In this document: positions 54,317-64,000 of the stretch, piece by piece
Position numbering within the stretch: the stretch's first letter is position 1
Layout of the letters: every line of letters starts with the position of its first letter
Sequence record: NC_061418.1
Reading direction: 5' to 3' (one strand)
DNA length: 64,000 nt
Notes under the pieces: model-generated
What the model was told of the DNA's origin: nothing
Seen by the model: only the letters and a program-made list of their open reading frames with translations
Database searches by the model: none
Program-made: the position numbers and the translations under genes

Positions 54317-55363
54317 TTATAACCCGATTTGTTTCGCCAGTCGGCAATAACCACGATAGAATGCGTCGATCAGAAGATTCTCCAGAAGCGGAATGGAAGC
54401 GATACTCTGTCCAAAGACGTTGTAGTTCCAGGTGACGTGTTTGCGTACCGCACAGGTGTTCTCGGGTCGTGGGCCTTTCACCATATAGGCAATATCACCT
54501 ACGCTGGAAGTTAACACCCAACGCCCCTGATCTTCCCGGTATTCGACGTCCGTGATAAAGCGATCGGTTTTAAACTCTTCTTCGCTCAACGGTGAACCGA
54601 TGATATCTTCCACTGCTTTTCGCATGTAAGAATCAATCAGCGGGATTTTCTCGACGTTTCCGTCGATATGGTAACCAAACCCCTTACCGAGTATTGACCC
54701 TACGTAGAAGCCTTCACAGGTGTCTTTATCGTTGGATCGATTAATCAGCTTTAGAACAAGGTCGGTTGTGCTGTCAAAGAACAGGGCAACGTTCGGGAGA
54801 AACTGGTATTCACCGCGGCGTTGACAAACCACTTTGTGCGCCCAGCTTAATTCGAAGTGTTCCCGCATGTACAGGATAAAATCTTCACCCAGTTGTTTCT
54901 GCCAGGTACGGCCGTAAAAGTCACCGGTCCACGTACTCTTGTCGTCGGCCATGGTTCCGACTGCGATCGGGCGACCATTCATCAACAACGTCCGCTGCAT
55001 GACATGAATTTTAAAACGACAGTTGAGCATAAACCGTGCTCGCGCTTTCTGACCAATAAACCCTTGGAAAGCGTGTTGGATCGCCAGGAAACTAAACGGG
55101 CTTTTCGTTTCCTGAGTGAAATGATACCGCGTAGTATCGCCGCCTTCGGTAACGAAGACAAGGTGTTTCATTTCTAAGGTAGGGTTAGTGCTAAACCGTA
55201 AAACAATATTGTCGTCCTTGTCCGTAAAGATAAATCCGTTTTCGTTACGATAACCAAAAAGACGATCTTTTTTACTGATCTCCAAAACCCCTTCGTAGTG
55301 AAAATCAGTCCCTGTTTTCTTATCGTAAACGGTACTGTAAACAAACGTTTCTATCGTTGCCAT
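54317..55363 (-). CDS. Hypothetical protein
   Basis: 348-aa ORF, RBS AAGGAG, promoter motif at 55440. Confidence 0.75.
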   Translation of the reverse strand: MATIETFVYSTVYDKKTGTDFHYEGVLEISKKDRLFGYRNENGFIFTDKDDNIVLRFSTNPTLEMKHLVFVTEGGDTTRYHFTQETKSPFSFLAIQHAFQGFIGQKARARFMLNCRFKIHVMQRTLLMNGRPIAVGTMADDKSTWTGDFYGRTWQKQLGEDFILYMREHFELSWAHKVVCQRRGEYQFLPNVALFFDSTTDLVLKLINRSNDKDTCEGFYVGSILGKGFGYHIDGNVEKIPLIDSYMRKAVEDIIGSPLSEEEFKTDRFITDVEYREDQGRWVLTSSVGDIAYMVKGPRPENTCAVRKHVTWNYNVFGQSIASIPLLENLLIDAFYRGYCRLAKQIGL

Positions 55364-55439
55364 GTCGATCTCCTTTTAGTGTGGATAATAAAAAGAATGT
55401 CAGCAATAACGCCGACATTCTGTTGCGTATTTCAATAGA

Positions 55440-55447
55440 GTGATATA
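55440..55447 (-). promoter_or_regulatory. Putative early promoter motif TATATCAC
   Basis: Context ATATATCACTCTATTGAA. Confidence 0.6.
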
Positions 55448-55465
55448 TTCGTCTATTGTTTTCGA

Positions 55466-57658
55466 TTACCTATAGAAATTCGTCCCCATGTATTTTTGGA
55501 AGTCAGCGTGACGATTAGCGTTCATCTCCTCGATCTTACCTGCCACGTTAATCGGCTCTGCACCCGCCTCTTGTAAACACTCGTTAAGGTAATTGAGACG
55601 TCGTTCAAGCTTCATACTGATAATTGGATTATCGGCATTTTCGATGGCTGACAATGTCTTTTCAATTTCACGGTGGAGGAAATCAATCTCTTCCTGCTGC
55701 TCGTCAATTTCCTGCGCATTCCCTGCCAACGCATCTACTGCCCCCGTCAATACCCTTCTGGAATCTAACCCGTAATAGTCTAAGTTCGACCCGTACAATA
55801 ACAGATAGACGGTCAGAAGGTAGGCGATAACGGTATCGTCATGTCCACCCGGTGGATGGTCAATTCTTCCGTTCTTCTCGACCAACCCGGTCAATTCCGC
55901 AATGAGAATTTTATCATGAAGTCGTGTAGCCCCTTTCTGCATGGCGATCTTCAAAACGGTTTCGTAAAGCTGACGTCGGGTGGTGGTTCCCGTGCAGAAA
56001 CCAAACTTCGTTTTACGACGAATATAGAATGCGTCATCACGACGGTTCATGTCACCCTGCAGCTCAAGGAACGCCGCGGTGTCCACTGACTTATTATCGA
56101 CAATTAAGTTAAAGATTCGTTTGAACGGATCAATTCCCTTGCTGTGCAATATCAGACAGAGGTAATCAATAAACGTTTGTCCGGTGGATTTACGTTCTGG
56201 GATGAAGACAGCCTTAGGATAAGAAATTAACAGATCACCTAAGAACTCAGCGTATTTAGGAATCAGTGCTTCGTTGATTACTGAAATCCCGATAACGTCC
56301 GCAGTATAAGGATCAAGGAACACCAACGACAGCGCATCTCGTCCACCGCCTTCTGAGGTATCGGCCCCAATGACAAAGGTCATTGTCTTACGATTTGCAT
56401 CCAGATATTCTTTGGAGACATACCAGTGGACAATGTAACCGTTCCTGAAGATTTCGGAATAATCGGAATAACGCTGTGAGGCAATGGCTTTCGCTAACAA
56501 CTCTTTATCAATTGGGTTGTTCGTCCCTGCTGCGGTCCAGATGTTAAAGAAGTCACGGTCTGCTTCTGGACCACGTGCCATAGCACGACGCATGTTCTCG
56601 TAATGCTGTTCGTCAGAGACCCCAACCTGGTTGTGACTCCACGTTCCGTTGATTAAGAGTTTCGCATCAGAGGATTTCAGATTGCGCTGAACGATCTCAC
56701 GAAGTTCTTCTTGACTCCCTGCGTCGTAAAAGTGCTCAGACCACCGAGCAGCTTCGTTCCACATTTTGAAAACAAAGCGACCATCACGAGACGTTTGGTC
56801 ACCCGCGGTAGTGGTCATGATACTGCCCCAGGGCATGTTTCTCGCTTTCGCTTTTTGAATCGCGGCGTTCATACCGGGCATTGCTGCTTTAAACGCAATT
56901 TCGATATAGTTGATGAAGGGGGTTTCATCCCAGCCTACCGTAGGCGAGGTGTTACCACGGCCAACTTTATTCGCACCACCTGGGTCAGAACGAGATACTG
57001 CTACCGCAAACAAGTTACCACGGGTGTTATAGGTCACCTTCTCGTTAGCAATCGTGTCTGAACGGTCTGTTACTGTCAGATAAGGTGGTAAGTATTCACG
57101 GATACGACGTATCATCGTGGTTGTTTCAGAACGTAATTCGTCTGATTTGGTCACGAGTGAGATACGGGCCTTTGTATATCGCATATACAGCAGCCAGGAG
57201 TAAAGACAATAAGAGATAAGTGACTTACCAGTCTGACGGGGTTGTATCAACAGGTAATCGATATGGTTCATGTACGACCAGATCAAAGACATGTTCGCGC
57301 GGTTTGCTCTTAAAAGATCACCTTCTTCACCGACAACCGGCGGAACGCGAAGACACTCTCTGAGATAATACCAGATGTTATATTCCGCTTCGATCTTAAT
57401 TGCGATCATCTGTTCTTCAGTCAGATCGGGACTGAAAGGATCGACACCGACAAGGTCCGGGTTTAAAAGTGCAATCGGCCAGTGGTGGTTTTTAATTCCC
57501 ATGTTTTGTAAGACACCGACAAAACGTAGGAATTCTTTGTTTGGTGTATCCCAATCCGGGATAGCAGAGGGATGATAATCCCAATCGCTAAGGTGGAGAA
57601 TAGGACGCGAATCATTCTCTAGAATAATGGAGGAGGTCATAGAGTTTCCCTCTGACAA
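55466..57658 (-). CDS. terL: Terminase large subunit
   Basis: Walker A QPRQTGKS, Walker B WDE, nuclease GADTSEGGG, C-terminal HDDTVIA. Confidence 0.92.
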   Translation of the reverse strand: MSEGNSMTSSIILENDSRPILHLSDWDYHPSAIPDWDTPNKEFLRFVGVLQNMGIKNHHWPIALLNPDLVGVDPFSPDLTEEQMIAIKIEAEYNIWYYLRECLRVPPVVGEEGDLLRANRANMSLIWSYMNHIDYLLIQPRQTGKSLISYCLYSWLLYMRYTKARISLVTKSDELRSETTTMIRRIREYLPPYLTVTDRSDTIANEKVTYNTRGNLFAVAVSRSDPGGANKVGRGNTSPTVGWDETPFINYIEIAFKAAMPGMNAAIQKAKARNMPWGSIMTTTAGDQTSRDGRFVFKMWNEAARWSEHFYDAGSQEELREIVQRNLKSSDAKLLINGTWSHNQVGVSDEQHYENMRRAMARGPEADRDFFNIWTAAGTNNPIDKELLAKAIASQRYSDYSEIFRNGYIVHWYVSKEYLDANRKTMTFVIGADTSEGGGRDALSLVFLDPYTADVIGISVINEALIPKYAEFLGDLLISYPKAVFIPERKSTGQTFIDYLCLILHSKGIDPFKRIFNLIVDNKSVDTAAFLELQGDMNRRDDAFYIRRKTKFGFCTGTTTRRQLYETVLKIAMQKGATRLHDKILIAELTGLVEKNGRIDHPPGGHDDTVIAYLLTVYLLLYGSNLDYYGLDSRRVLTGAVDALAGNAQEIDEQQEEIDFLHREIEKTLSAIENADNPIISMKLERRLNYLNECLQEAGAEPINVAGKIEEMNANRHADFQKYMGTNFYR

Positions 57659-57731
57659 CGAAAAGACAATATCATAGGGAATATAGCGGTACAGGAGGCC
57701 ATTAAGCCTCCTGTACCAAGGGTTTGTACTT

Positions 57732-59441
57732 TTAACTCAGTGTTTGACGTATGATCAAACCGGAAGACGCGAGTTGTAAATCCACCCCGTTCACTGAACG
57801 TACCCAATGAACGAGCGCCAATTCACCTACGTGCCCACCAGTTGCAATGGTAAACGTCGTGTTCCAGGCAGAGATCGGTTGTCTGACTCGAATGTTATCC
57901 ACCTGAAGAATGAAGTGCGTCGGCATCGGCGCTTCCGTTTCTGTCTCAGTGTCAAACAACGGGTGAAGACGGTAGTATAACCGATCCAACCATTCGTTCT
58001 GTGTCTGGGCTCCCATGGTAAGGTCAGTCGACCAAACCTGAGACGAAATGTATTTCAGACGACATTCTAACGATCCGCCGTAGTCTTCGTCACCCAGTTC
58101 GTAGTTGACGTACCACGGACTATCAACGCCCGATTCACCATTGGCCATCAGGGTGATGTCGTTGCTCTGTACATGTCGATAGGAGCCAAACGAAGCAGAG
58201 ACTTTGGAAATATCAAGCGCAAAGATCATGTGCTGTTTGGTGTTGTAAAGCGTAGGGTCCCAAACCGCCGAACCCGGCGACGCTTCGATGATATCGGTCA
58301 CTTCGTACATCGCCAGACGATCGAGCGAATACATAAAGTGACGGAGCTTAAACCCGTTACCGTTCCGCTGCCATTCCGGGAACATGAAGAGCTTAACCGC
58401 ATAGGCATTCGGTAAAGTTACAGTTTCGATCGTATAGGGAACCGTGATCGTTCCAGAAGCTGTCGTTGTCCCTTTAAAGCTCTCTGTCGTGTCGAGCTGA
58501 TAGAAAAGCGTCAGTGGGCTGTTTTGACCCGATTGCGTCGGGATAAACTCCGCTAAACCAGACAGGTAGATCTTACTGCCGTCCACCGGTTTAATGACCG
58601 AGCTGCCATCAGTGTACGTTACCTTCGCGCTGACATCGATGGAGGTCATCAGAAGATTGACCGGAACATTCAGGCGGTTAGGGTCGGTTGCCGACAGGTA
58701 ACTGCTGACCAAGGCGACCGAGTCAATAGAACGTTTCGCTGAATTCGATTGACGAATAATACCAGAGTCAACAACGGTCATTGTGAAACGGGACGTCGGC
58801 AACCCCGCAGCGTCGTAGAACACCACCAGGACTGTCTCACCGTTGGTGATTTTACGCGTAGCGTTGGCAGTCACGGGAATACGGTAATTACCGGTTCCAT
58901 CCCCTTCGATTGTCATCAGAGGGATTTTATCGCTTTCGAGTTCACCGGACTGATTGTAATACGCTGAAAGCACTTCGAGGTTACCAGTACTGGACATGTT
59001 AGAGAAAACTCGCACGTAAGTCGCAGTAGGTTGATAGGCTCTCATTAAACTGTCGAATGCCATCTCCGGTGGTGAAACGGTATTGTCGACATAAACGAAA
59101 TAGCCAGGTTGCGGGTAACGGCTACCGACTCCCAGCAGAATATCGATGGAGTTATCAATCGTAGTAGGAACGTTGTACGCAATCCACTTAGAAAGTAATG
59201 TTGAGGTATCGACTTCGGTAACAATATAGAGACCTGAAGTTTTGTCGAAGATACGGTTACCAACATTCGGCACAAACCGGCCTTTGTTACCGCTACCAAT
59301 CCCTGCTGGTCCGACATAGATCTCGGACATGTCCCATTCTTTCCATAATCCATTCGGGTTCCAAATGGGGACGTCAGACGGCGTACTGTCCGTTAACGCT
59401 AATGCGTAACGCACCCCACTACTCGTGGTCGATGTGGTCAT
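57732..59441 (-). CDS. Virion structural protein (phiKZ gp26-like)
   Basis: 569 aa beta-rich; adjacent to terL as in the phiKZ gp25-29 block. Confidence 0.7.
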   Translation of the reverse strand: MTTSTTSSGVRYALALTDSTPSDVPIWNPNGLWKEWDMSEIYVGPAGIGSGNKGRFVPNVGNRIFDKTSGLYIVTEVDTSTLLSKWIAYNVPTTIDNSIDILLGVGSRYPQPGYFVYVDNTVSPPEMAFDSLMRAYQPTATYVRVFSNMSSTGNLEVLSAYYNQSGELESDKIPLMTIEGDGTGNYRIPVTANATRKITNGETVLVVFYDAAGLPTSRFTMTVVDSGIIRQSNSAKRSIDSVALVSSYLSATDPNRLNVPVNLLMTSIDVSAKVTYTDGSSVIKPVDGSKIYLSGLAEFIPTQSGQNSPLTLFYQLDTTESFKGTTTASGTITVPYTIETVTLPNAYAVKLFMFPEWQRNGNGFKLRHFMYSLDRLAMYEVTDIIEASPGSAVWDPTLYNTKQHMIFALDISKVSASFGSYRHVQSNDITLMANGESGVDSPWYVNYELGDEDYGGSLECRLKYISSQVWSTDLTMGAQTQNEWLDRLYYRLHPLFDTETETEAPMPTHFILQVDNIRVRQPISAWNTTFTIATGGHVGELALVHWVRSVNGVDLQLASSGLIIRQTLS

Positions 59442-59442
59442 T

Positions 59443-62001
59443 TCAGGATTCCTTTATAAAGAAATAATTATTAAGCGACAGACGATTATTCAGGTAATAC
59501 TGATTGACGTTCTGAAGGAACTTCCAGCGCTTTGTGGTTACCGCGACGGCGGAGCTAAACGGATGTGCGTCAATGAAAATGTAGTTTGTATTCCAGACGC
59601 TTCGGCACGGGTCAATATCGAGGTACTCGCTGTAGTTCTTCATGACACGGTCAAGCGAGACTTTGTCATTAACGTTCAGCGGCTCAGTGATGGTTCCGTT
59701 ATCAAGATCGAAGATCAGTCGTGTGATCACCACCGAGAACATCCGATAACGTTCGCTGATTGGGTTAGGGCCGGTTAAGACCTTCTCCGGGTACTTCAAC
59801 GTCATGTAGTCACTGACACGTTTATCGCTCTCGGCGCCCATCTGAATCAACTCAGCGTTCGCATTCGTCGATATCCCGTACAGCGGAACGAAAACCGTCT
59901 CTTCGCAGTAAGGTAAGCCGTTAGGGAGCAACGGGATTTGTTTTTCGTCAGCGTCTTCAATAAACGGTACTGTTGAAGGGTCAACCACTTTCCCGTCAAT
60001 AATCGTACGTATAACCTTGTCGTCACGAATATCAAACGTACCGTTCACACTGACATAACCGTGATCCACGAATCCGATATTCAGCGGTCTTTTGTACTTC
60101 GCGCTTGGCGTTTCCCAACCTAAACAGGCAAAGGTAAAGTTTTGACTGTTACCTAACGTTTCATCGTAGTAACGATTGGTGATGACCGTTCCTTTATTTC
60201 CGTCCAGGATATAGTCGAGCCCTTCAATCAACGGATGGCCATTCATCCACACGCGCAGTTGTTGTGGCCGAATAGGAAGAATCGTCCCGAGCGTCTTACC
60301 GTAGGTCAGTGTAAAGCGGAAGATCCCGTCCGAACTCCCTACAACCTGATCGTATACAAGCGCCTCAGAGCTACTGAGGATCAGGCCCATGTTTCTGGCC
60401 TTGACGTGAATCCACGTGACGACATTATTTAAGACCGTGTAATCCGTCCCTTCTACGGCAGGTACCCAGACGTCGGAGACAACTCCTTTGTTGATCGCCG
60501 CTTTAAAGAAGTAGTATTGGTACTTATCGTCCAGCGTGTAGTTGTTGTTACTGGGCGCCCAGGTAATGGCTTTCTTACCCCACCCCATGAACCCCTCTAC
60601 CAGCGCAGCCCGCTCATTCTTCACGAAGTAGCGTTCCGAGTAACCGTGCTGATTCCAGCCCAACAACACCCCGTCTTCGTCGTACTCAAAGAGCGTAGAA
60701 CAGAGCGAGAGTCCAAAGGGTAGATCGACAAAACCGCCGTTCGAGGAAGGTGTCACCTTCGTTGGGTTTAACGCAAAGAGTTTTGCTAATGCGTTGTAGC
60801 CGTAAGCGTTGATGACATCCGTCGCTGTAAACGAGCCCCAGAAGTTTCGCATGATCGCCGTATAAAGAGAGTTTTCCAGGTTCTCTACACGCCACTCAGC
60901 CAACGTGGAATCGAGTCCAATCATTGCTCTGAGAATGTCAGTGTCGCTTAAACGGTAAAGTGTTTCAATCCGATTCACCTCGTCGATGAGAGGGCGTTTA
61001 AAACCGGACTCACGAAGATGAAGACGAATATAAAGGTTGTCGTACGTTGTCCAGCCATCATTCAGATAAGCCGAAACATAACCCGTCGGAATACTGTAAT
61101 CAGCATGAGTTACGTTACGCAGACTGTTCTCTTTATTGCGGTGATAATAGCGACCTGAAACCGAATCATTCGCGCCGACTTTGTACATGAACAAATCGAT
61201 ATCGTCGACGTAATAGATTTCGTTATCGTGCGTATTTTTACTCGGGTGCAGCAGATACTTCTTCAGGTTGTCTAACGTCGACGTATAGTCGTACAGCGAC
61301 GAGACTTTGAAGTCCACTACGTGACTCACCGCGGCGTCGTAAACTGCCTCAACCAGGTCACCAATGGAAATATCAGTCGATTTGATTTCCGGCTTCCACA
61401 CGCCATTATGGTAAATATTGGTTACACCGGTTAAGGTTTGCAGCGGCCGCAACCCATTAATAAACGCAGCGATATCAGTTTGCTTAGTAATCTCTCTGCC
61501 GATATAAGCCACTTTCTGACCGATGTTATTACTTCGCTCTGAACGGAAAAAGGCGTTGTTGTAAATTCTGAGATACGCTTTCTTTTCACTTAACTCGCCA
61601 AAGATAGCGTGCTCTTTAATCGCAATGATCAAATTGTCGTCGTAGGTACGAAGAACGTAACTGCTAAAGAGCGGGAGTTTAACGCCCGTTTCCAGATAGA
61701 GGTCAATGATCAGCGCAGTCGCTTCGCTGTAAGGTCCCAGCGCCATCCATTTTCCGCGAACGTCAGGGAGACCTGTACGCCAACGACTGTTTGCCCCGAT
61801 CTGATAAAGATGATAAACGTCGCCTTCGGTAGGTAATGGGGTATCAACCCAGAGAATGGTACTGGAAACTTTCGCACCACTGTCTCGACTGATTCGCGTC
61901 AGATCGAGAATGACCTGACGATCCTGAATAGGTGCACACCACAAATTCGTGCGTGCATGATCGAGAAGGAAACTTTCGGTTACGGAATTCATTACACGCA
62001 C
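59443..62001 (-). CDS. Virion structural protein (phiKZ gp27-like)
   Basis: 852 aa; NLWCAP.QD.Q N-terminus; synteny. Confidence 0.7.
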   Translation of the reverse strand: MRVMNSVTESFLLDHARTNLWCAPIQDRQVILDLTRISRDSGAKVSSTILWVDTPLPTEGDVYHLYQIGANSRWRTGLPDVRGKWMALGPYSEATALIIDLYLETGVKLPLFSSYVLRTYDDNLIIAIKEHAIFGELSEKKAYLRIYNNAFFRSERSNNIGQKVAYIGREITKQTDIAAFINGLRPLQTLTGVTNIYHNGVWKPEIKSTDISIGDLVEAVYDAAVSHVVDFKVSSLYDYTSTLDNLKKYLLHPSKNTHDNEIYYVDDIDLFMYKVGANDSVSGRYYHRNKENSLRNVTHADYSIPTGYVSAYLNDGWTTYDNLYIRLHLRESGFKRPLIDEVNRIETLYRLSDTDILRAMIGLDSTLAEWRVENLENSLYTAIMRNFWGSFTATDVINAYGYNALAKLFALNPTKVTPSSNGGFVDLPFGLSLCSTLFEYDEDGVLLGWNQHGYSERYFVKNERAALVEGFMGWGKKAITWAPSNNNYTLDDKYQYYFFKAAINKGVVSDVWVPAVEGTDYTVLNNVVTWIHVKARNMGLILSSSEALVYDQVVGSSDGIFRFTLTYGKTLGTILPIRPQQLRVWMNGHPLIEGLDYILDGNKGTVITNRYYDETLGNSQNFTFACLGWETPSAKYKRPLNIGFVDHGYVSVNGTFDIRDDKVIRTIIDGKVVDPSTVPFIEDADEKQIPLLPNGLPYCEETVFVPLYGISTNANAELIQMGAESDKRVSDYMTLKYPEKVLTGPNPISERYRMFSVVITRLIFDLDNGTITEPLNVNDKVSLDRVMKNYSEYLDIDPCRSVWNTNYIFIDAHPFSSAVAVTTKRWKFLQNVNQYYLNNRLSLNNYFFIKES

Positions 62002-62009
62002 CTTCTACT

Positions 62010-62948
62010 TTAATAAGTTTTCTCGTGATGATTCGCCGTCAATGCGATCAGGTCGTTAACACGAGCAACGAAATCGTCGGTTTTCAGATTACGACCTTCA
62101 CGGTCAATCAACTGCGTTAACCATGCTTTACGGTATTGCTTTTCACCTGCACACGCTGAATAAATCATGGCAATAAACATCGGTGGGTATTCGAGCGCCA
62201 CGGCCAATTGCTCACGGACTTCTGAACTACCAAACCAGCTAGTTGATGTCAACGTCCAGAGAATGCGTTTGTCAATTCGTTTCAGTGATAAGCTCTCACC
62301 GAATTCAGCTAACGCTTTGCAATAGTCATCGAGGTTCGCCATGTAGCCAACCGGACGCAACCACAGATCCAGTTTCTGGTAAGGGATATTCAGGATGCGA
62401 CTGATCTTCACGCAGAAGACCTCGTGACGACGATCGTTAAAGTCTTTCGCATCGCAGTGTAAGCAGTAGTAATAATAAGCAGTGATTGCTTTGAGTTTCT
62501 CTGCAACCAGCTCATTCAGGTTCAGTTTGTTTTTGAGCAGCCCAGTTAACCACTTAGCAAAGATTGCCAACGGGACATCGACGTTGAAATAGAACGCATC
62601 GATATTCCCTTCCGACCAAGCCATCTCCAGAACAGCACGGCGGAAAATGATCCCGACAGAACCTTCATTAACAAAGTCTGTGGTACCGTCTGCATTTAAT
62701 TTTAACGTCCCGCGGTAAGGGCGAAGATCAATATATGTATACGGTATACTTTGAACTTCTTGAGAAAGGGGATGACGAAAGACAGGGATGGCTTCCAATT
62801 CTGGGGTTTTCTCCAGTACCGCGAACAGCCCTTTAAAGTGGTTAATTGGGGTTAATGCACCTTCTGCGTTCGCCACCAACATCTTCCCGGGTAGACTCGC
62901 AGGAAAAATAGAACTGCCGGCTGAGGTGTCAAAACTGTGTTTAAACAT
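62010..62948 (-). CDS. Conserved virion-associated protein (phiKZ gp28-like)
   Basis: 312 aa; IP.F.HPL, IDLRPY and ALEYPP.F segments; synteny. Confidence 0.65.
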   Translation of the reverse strand: MFKHSFDTSAGSSIFPASLPGKMLVANAEGALTPINHFKGLFAVLEKTPELEAIPVFRHPLSQEVQSIPYTYIDLRPYRGTLKLNADGTTDFVNEGSVGIIFRRAVLEMAWSEGNIDAFYFNVDVPLAIFAKWLTGLLKNKLNLNELVAEKLKAITAYYYYCLHCDAKDFNDRRHEVFCVKISRILNIPYQKLDLWLRPVGYMANLDDYCKALAEFGESLSLKRIDKRILWTLTSTSWFGSSEVREQLAVALEYPPMFIAMIYSACAGEKQYRKAWLTQLIDREGRNLKTDDFVARVNDLIALTANHHEKTY

Positions 62949-63111
62949 TGCTTAATTCTCCGATAATGACCGTGACCTATAGAATGTTAATATGACGACG
63001 TTTCCGTATTACCGGTAAACTATGGTTTAAAAACCACCCAAGCTTGGATTTAGCGTCATCAAGTAGCTACATAATTTATGCGGTACCCACTCTTTTTAAG
63101 AGGCAAAAGAC

Positions 63112-64000
63112 ATGTCAGAACAAATTACGGGATCAACACCCAGAATTTATTACCGCGGTACGAAGGATATTTCGTTCACCCGTTCTACGGGTTCAACGAC
63201 GACCCTGGCTCTTCATCGACCGCTCATCATGTTCTTCGGCCAGAAAGGTCCAACTGTCCCTACCTGGATCGATCCGGTAAAATTCGAAGACATTTACGGT
63301 AGCGAAACTACCAACCTTTCCGGCGTTTATGCGACCCACAGTACTCCTTTTATTAAGGAAGCGATTGCAGCGGGTAACCAGTTCCTGGCCTTGCGTCTGG
63401 AACCGGCAGATATCCCTGACGTCGCCACGCTGGGTCTCTCCGTCGATTGGGTAAAAACCAAAATCGACGACTATGAGCGTAACGACGACGGAACTTATAA
63501 AACCGATACCAACGGTGACAAAATTCCGCTGGCCACGCAAGTAGACGGGATCAAGTTCCGCTTTGTTCTCTCTAAAATCGAGACGGACGAGTCGGGCGTT
63601 TCCCAGTACAAAAAACGTACCGCTTCTGCGGGGACAATCGGTACCGCTGAGAACCCGTCAACGATCACGCCACTGGCCGATTTCCGTTGCCGTTATAAAT
63701 CGTCTCTCGGCGCGAATACAGCGATCCGTATTTGGGCACCGACTGTCAATTCGACTCAGGCCGCTGATGCCGATCTGCAAGAACGTATCAAATCGTTCCT
63801 GTACCGCTTCCAGCTCCTGACCCGTACCGATAAAAACAGTTCACCAACTATTTTTGAGACGATCTATAATGAAGCGTCTCTGTCGGTCGGTTTCGGTGAG
63901 AACTTAGTCGATCCGCAGACCGAAGTGGTTTACGATTTCGCGGAACGTATCGAAAGTCGTTACAACGACGAAGATCCATCGACTTACCTGATGTCGCCGA
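63112..64000 (+). CDS. Tail sheath protein (partial, runs off the window end)
   Basis: Hand translation MSEQITGSTPRIYYRGTKDISFTRSTGSTTTLALHRPLIMFFGQKGPTVPTWIDP...; open to the window end; divergent from the gp28-like gene as phiKZ gp29 is. Confidence 0.85.
   Translation, partial: MSEQITGSTPRIYYRGTKDISFTRSTGSTTTLALHRPLIMFFGQKGPTVPTWIDPVKFEDIYGSETTNLSGVYATHSTPFIKEAIAAGNQFLALRLEPADIPDVATLGLSVDWVKTKIDDYERNDDGTYKTDTNGDKIPLATQVDGIKFRFVLSKIETDESGVSQYKKRTASAGTIGTAENPSTITPLADFRCRYKSSLGANTAIRIWAPTVNSTQAADADLQERIKSFLYRFQLLTRTDKNSSPTIFETIYNEASLSVGFGENLVDPQTEVVYDFAERIESRYNDEDPSTYLMSP

Noticed and set aside
1-64000. CRISPR array, IS element or integrase
   Set aside because: I saw no regularly spaced direct repeats, transposase or recombinase motifs; the many short palindromes sit at gene ends next to A/T tracts and behave as terminators.
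1-64000. Alternative genetic code (stop-codon reassignment)
   Set aside because: Standard-code ORFs tile the window densely and the core genes are full length.

Overview
This window is part of a nucleus-forming, phiKZ-like jumbo phage genome (Chimalliviridae-type). Gene-number equivalences rest on motifs and synteny recalled from phiKZ; no database search was run. Positions 1-14.3 kb are an accessory block, almost entirely on the minus strand, with two AAA+ paralogs, HTH proteins, a macrodomain and a GNAT. Positions 14.4-38.4 kb hold the conserved phage-nucleus block: an SF2 helicase with a class-3-type mini-intein, four non-virion RNA polymerase subunits, putative PicA/Imp1 and ChmC, an SbcD-like nuclease, chimallin and a divergent family-B DNA polymerase. 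Positions 38.4-42.4 kb are a tandem array of ten small proteins that appear to share one architecture, followed by the tubulin PhuZ and more accessory genes. The window ends with the large terminase, three structural genes and the start of the tail sheath. The most striking unexplained signal is at about 1.83-2.34 kb (minus strand): two tandem circularly permuted tRNA-like modules (T arm, then a loop-closed acceptor stem, then the D arm, with no anticodon loop). They resemble bacterial YrlA Y RNAs, lie directly downstream of a conserved 255-aa gene, and no Ro60/TROVE gene is visible in the window.
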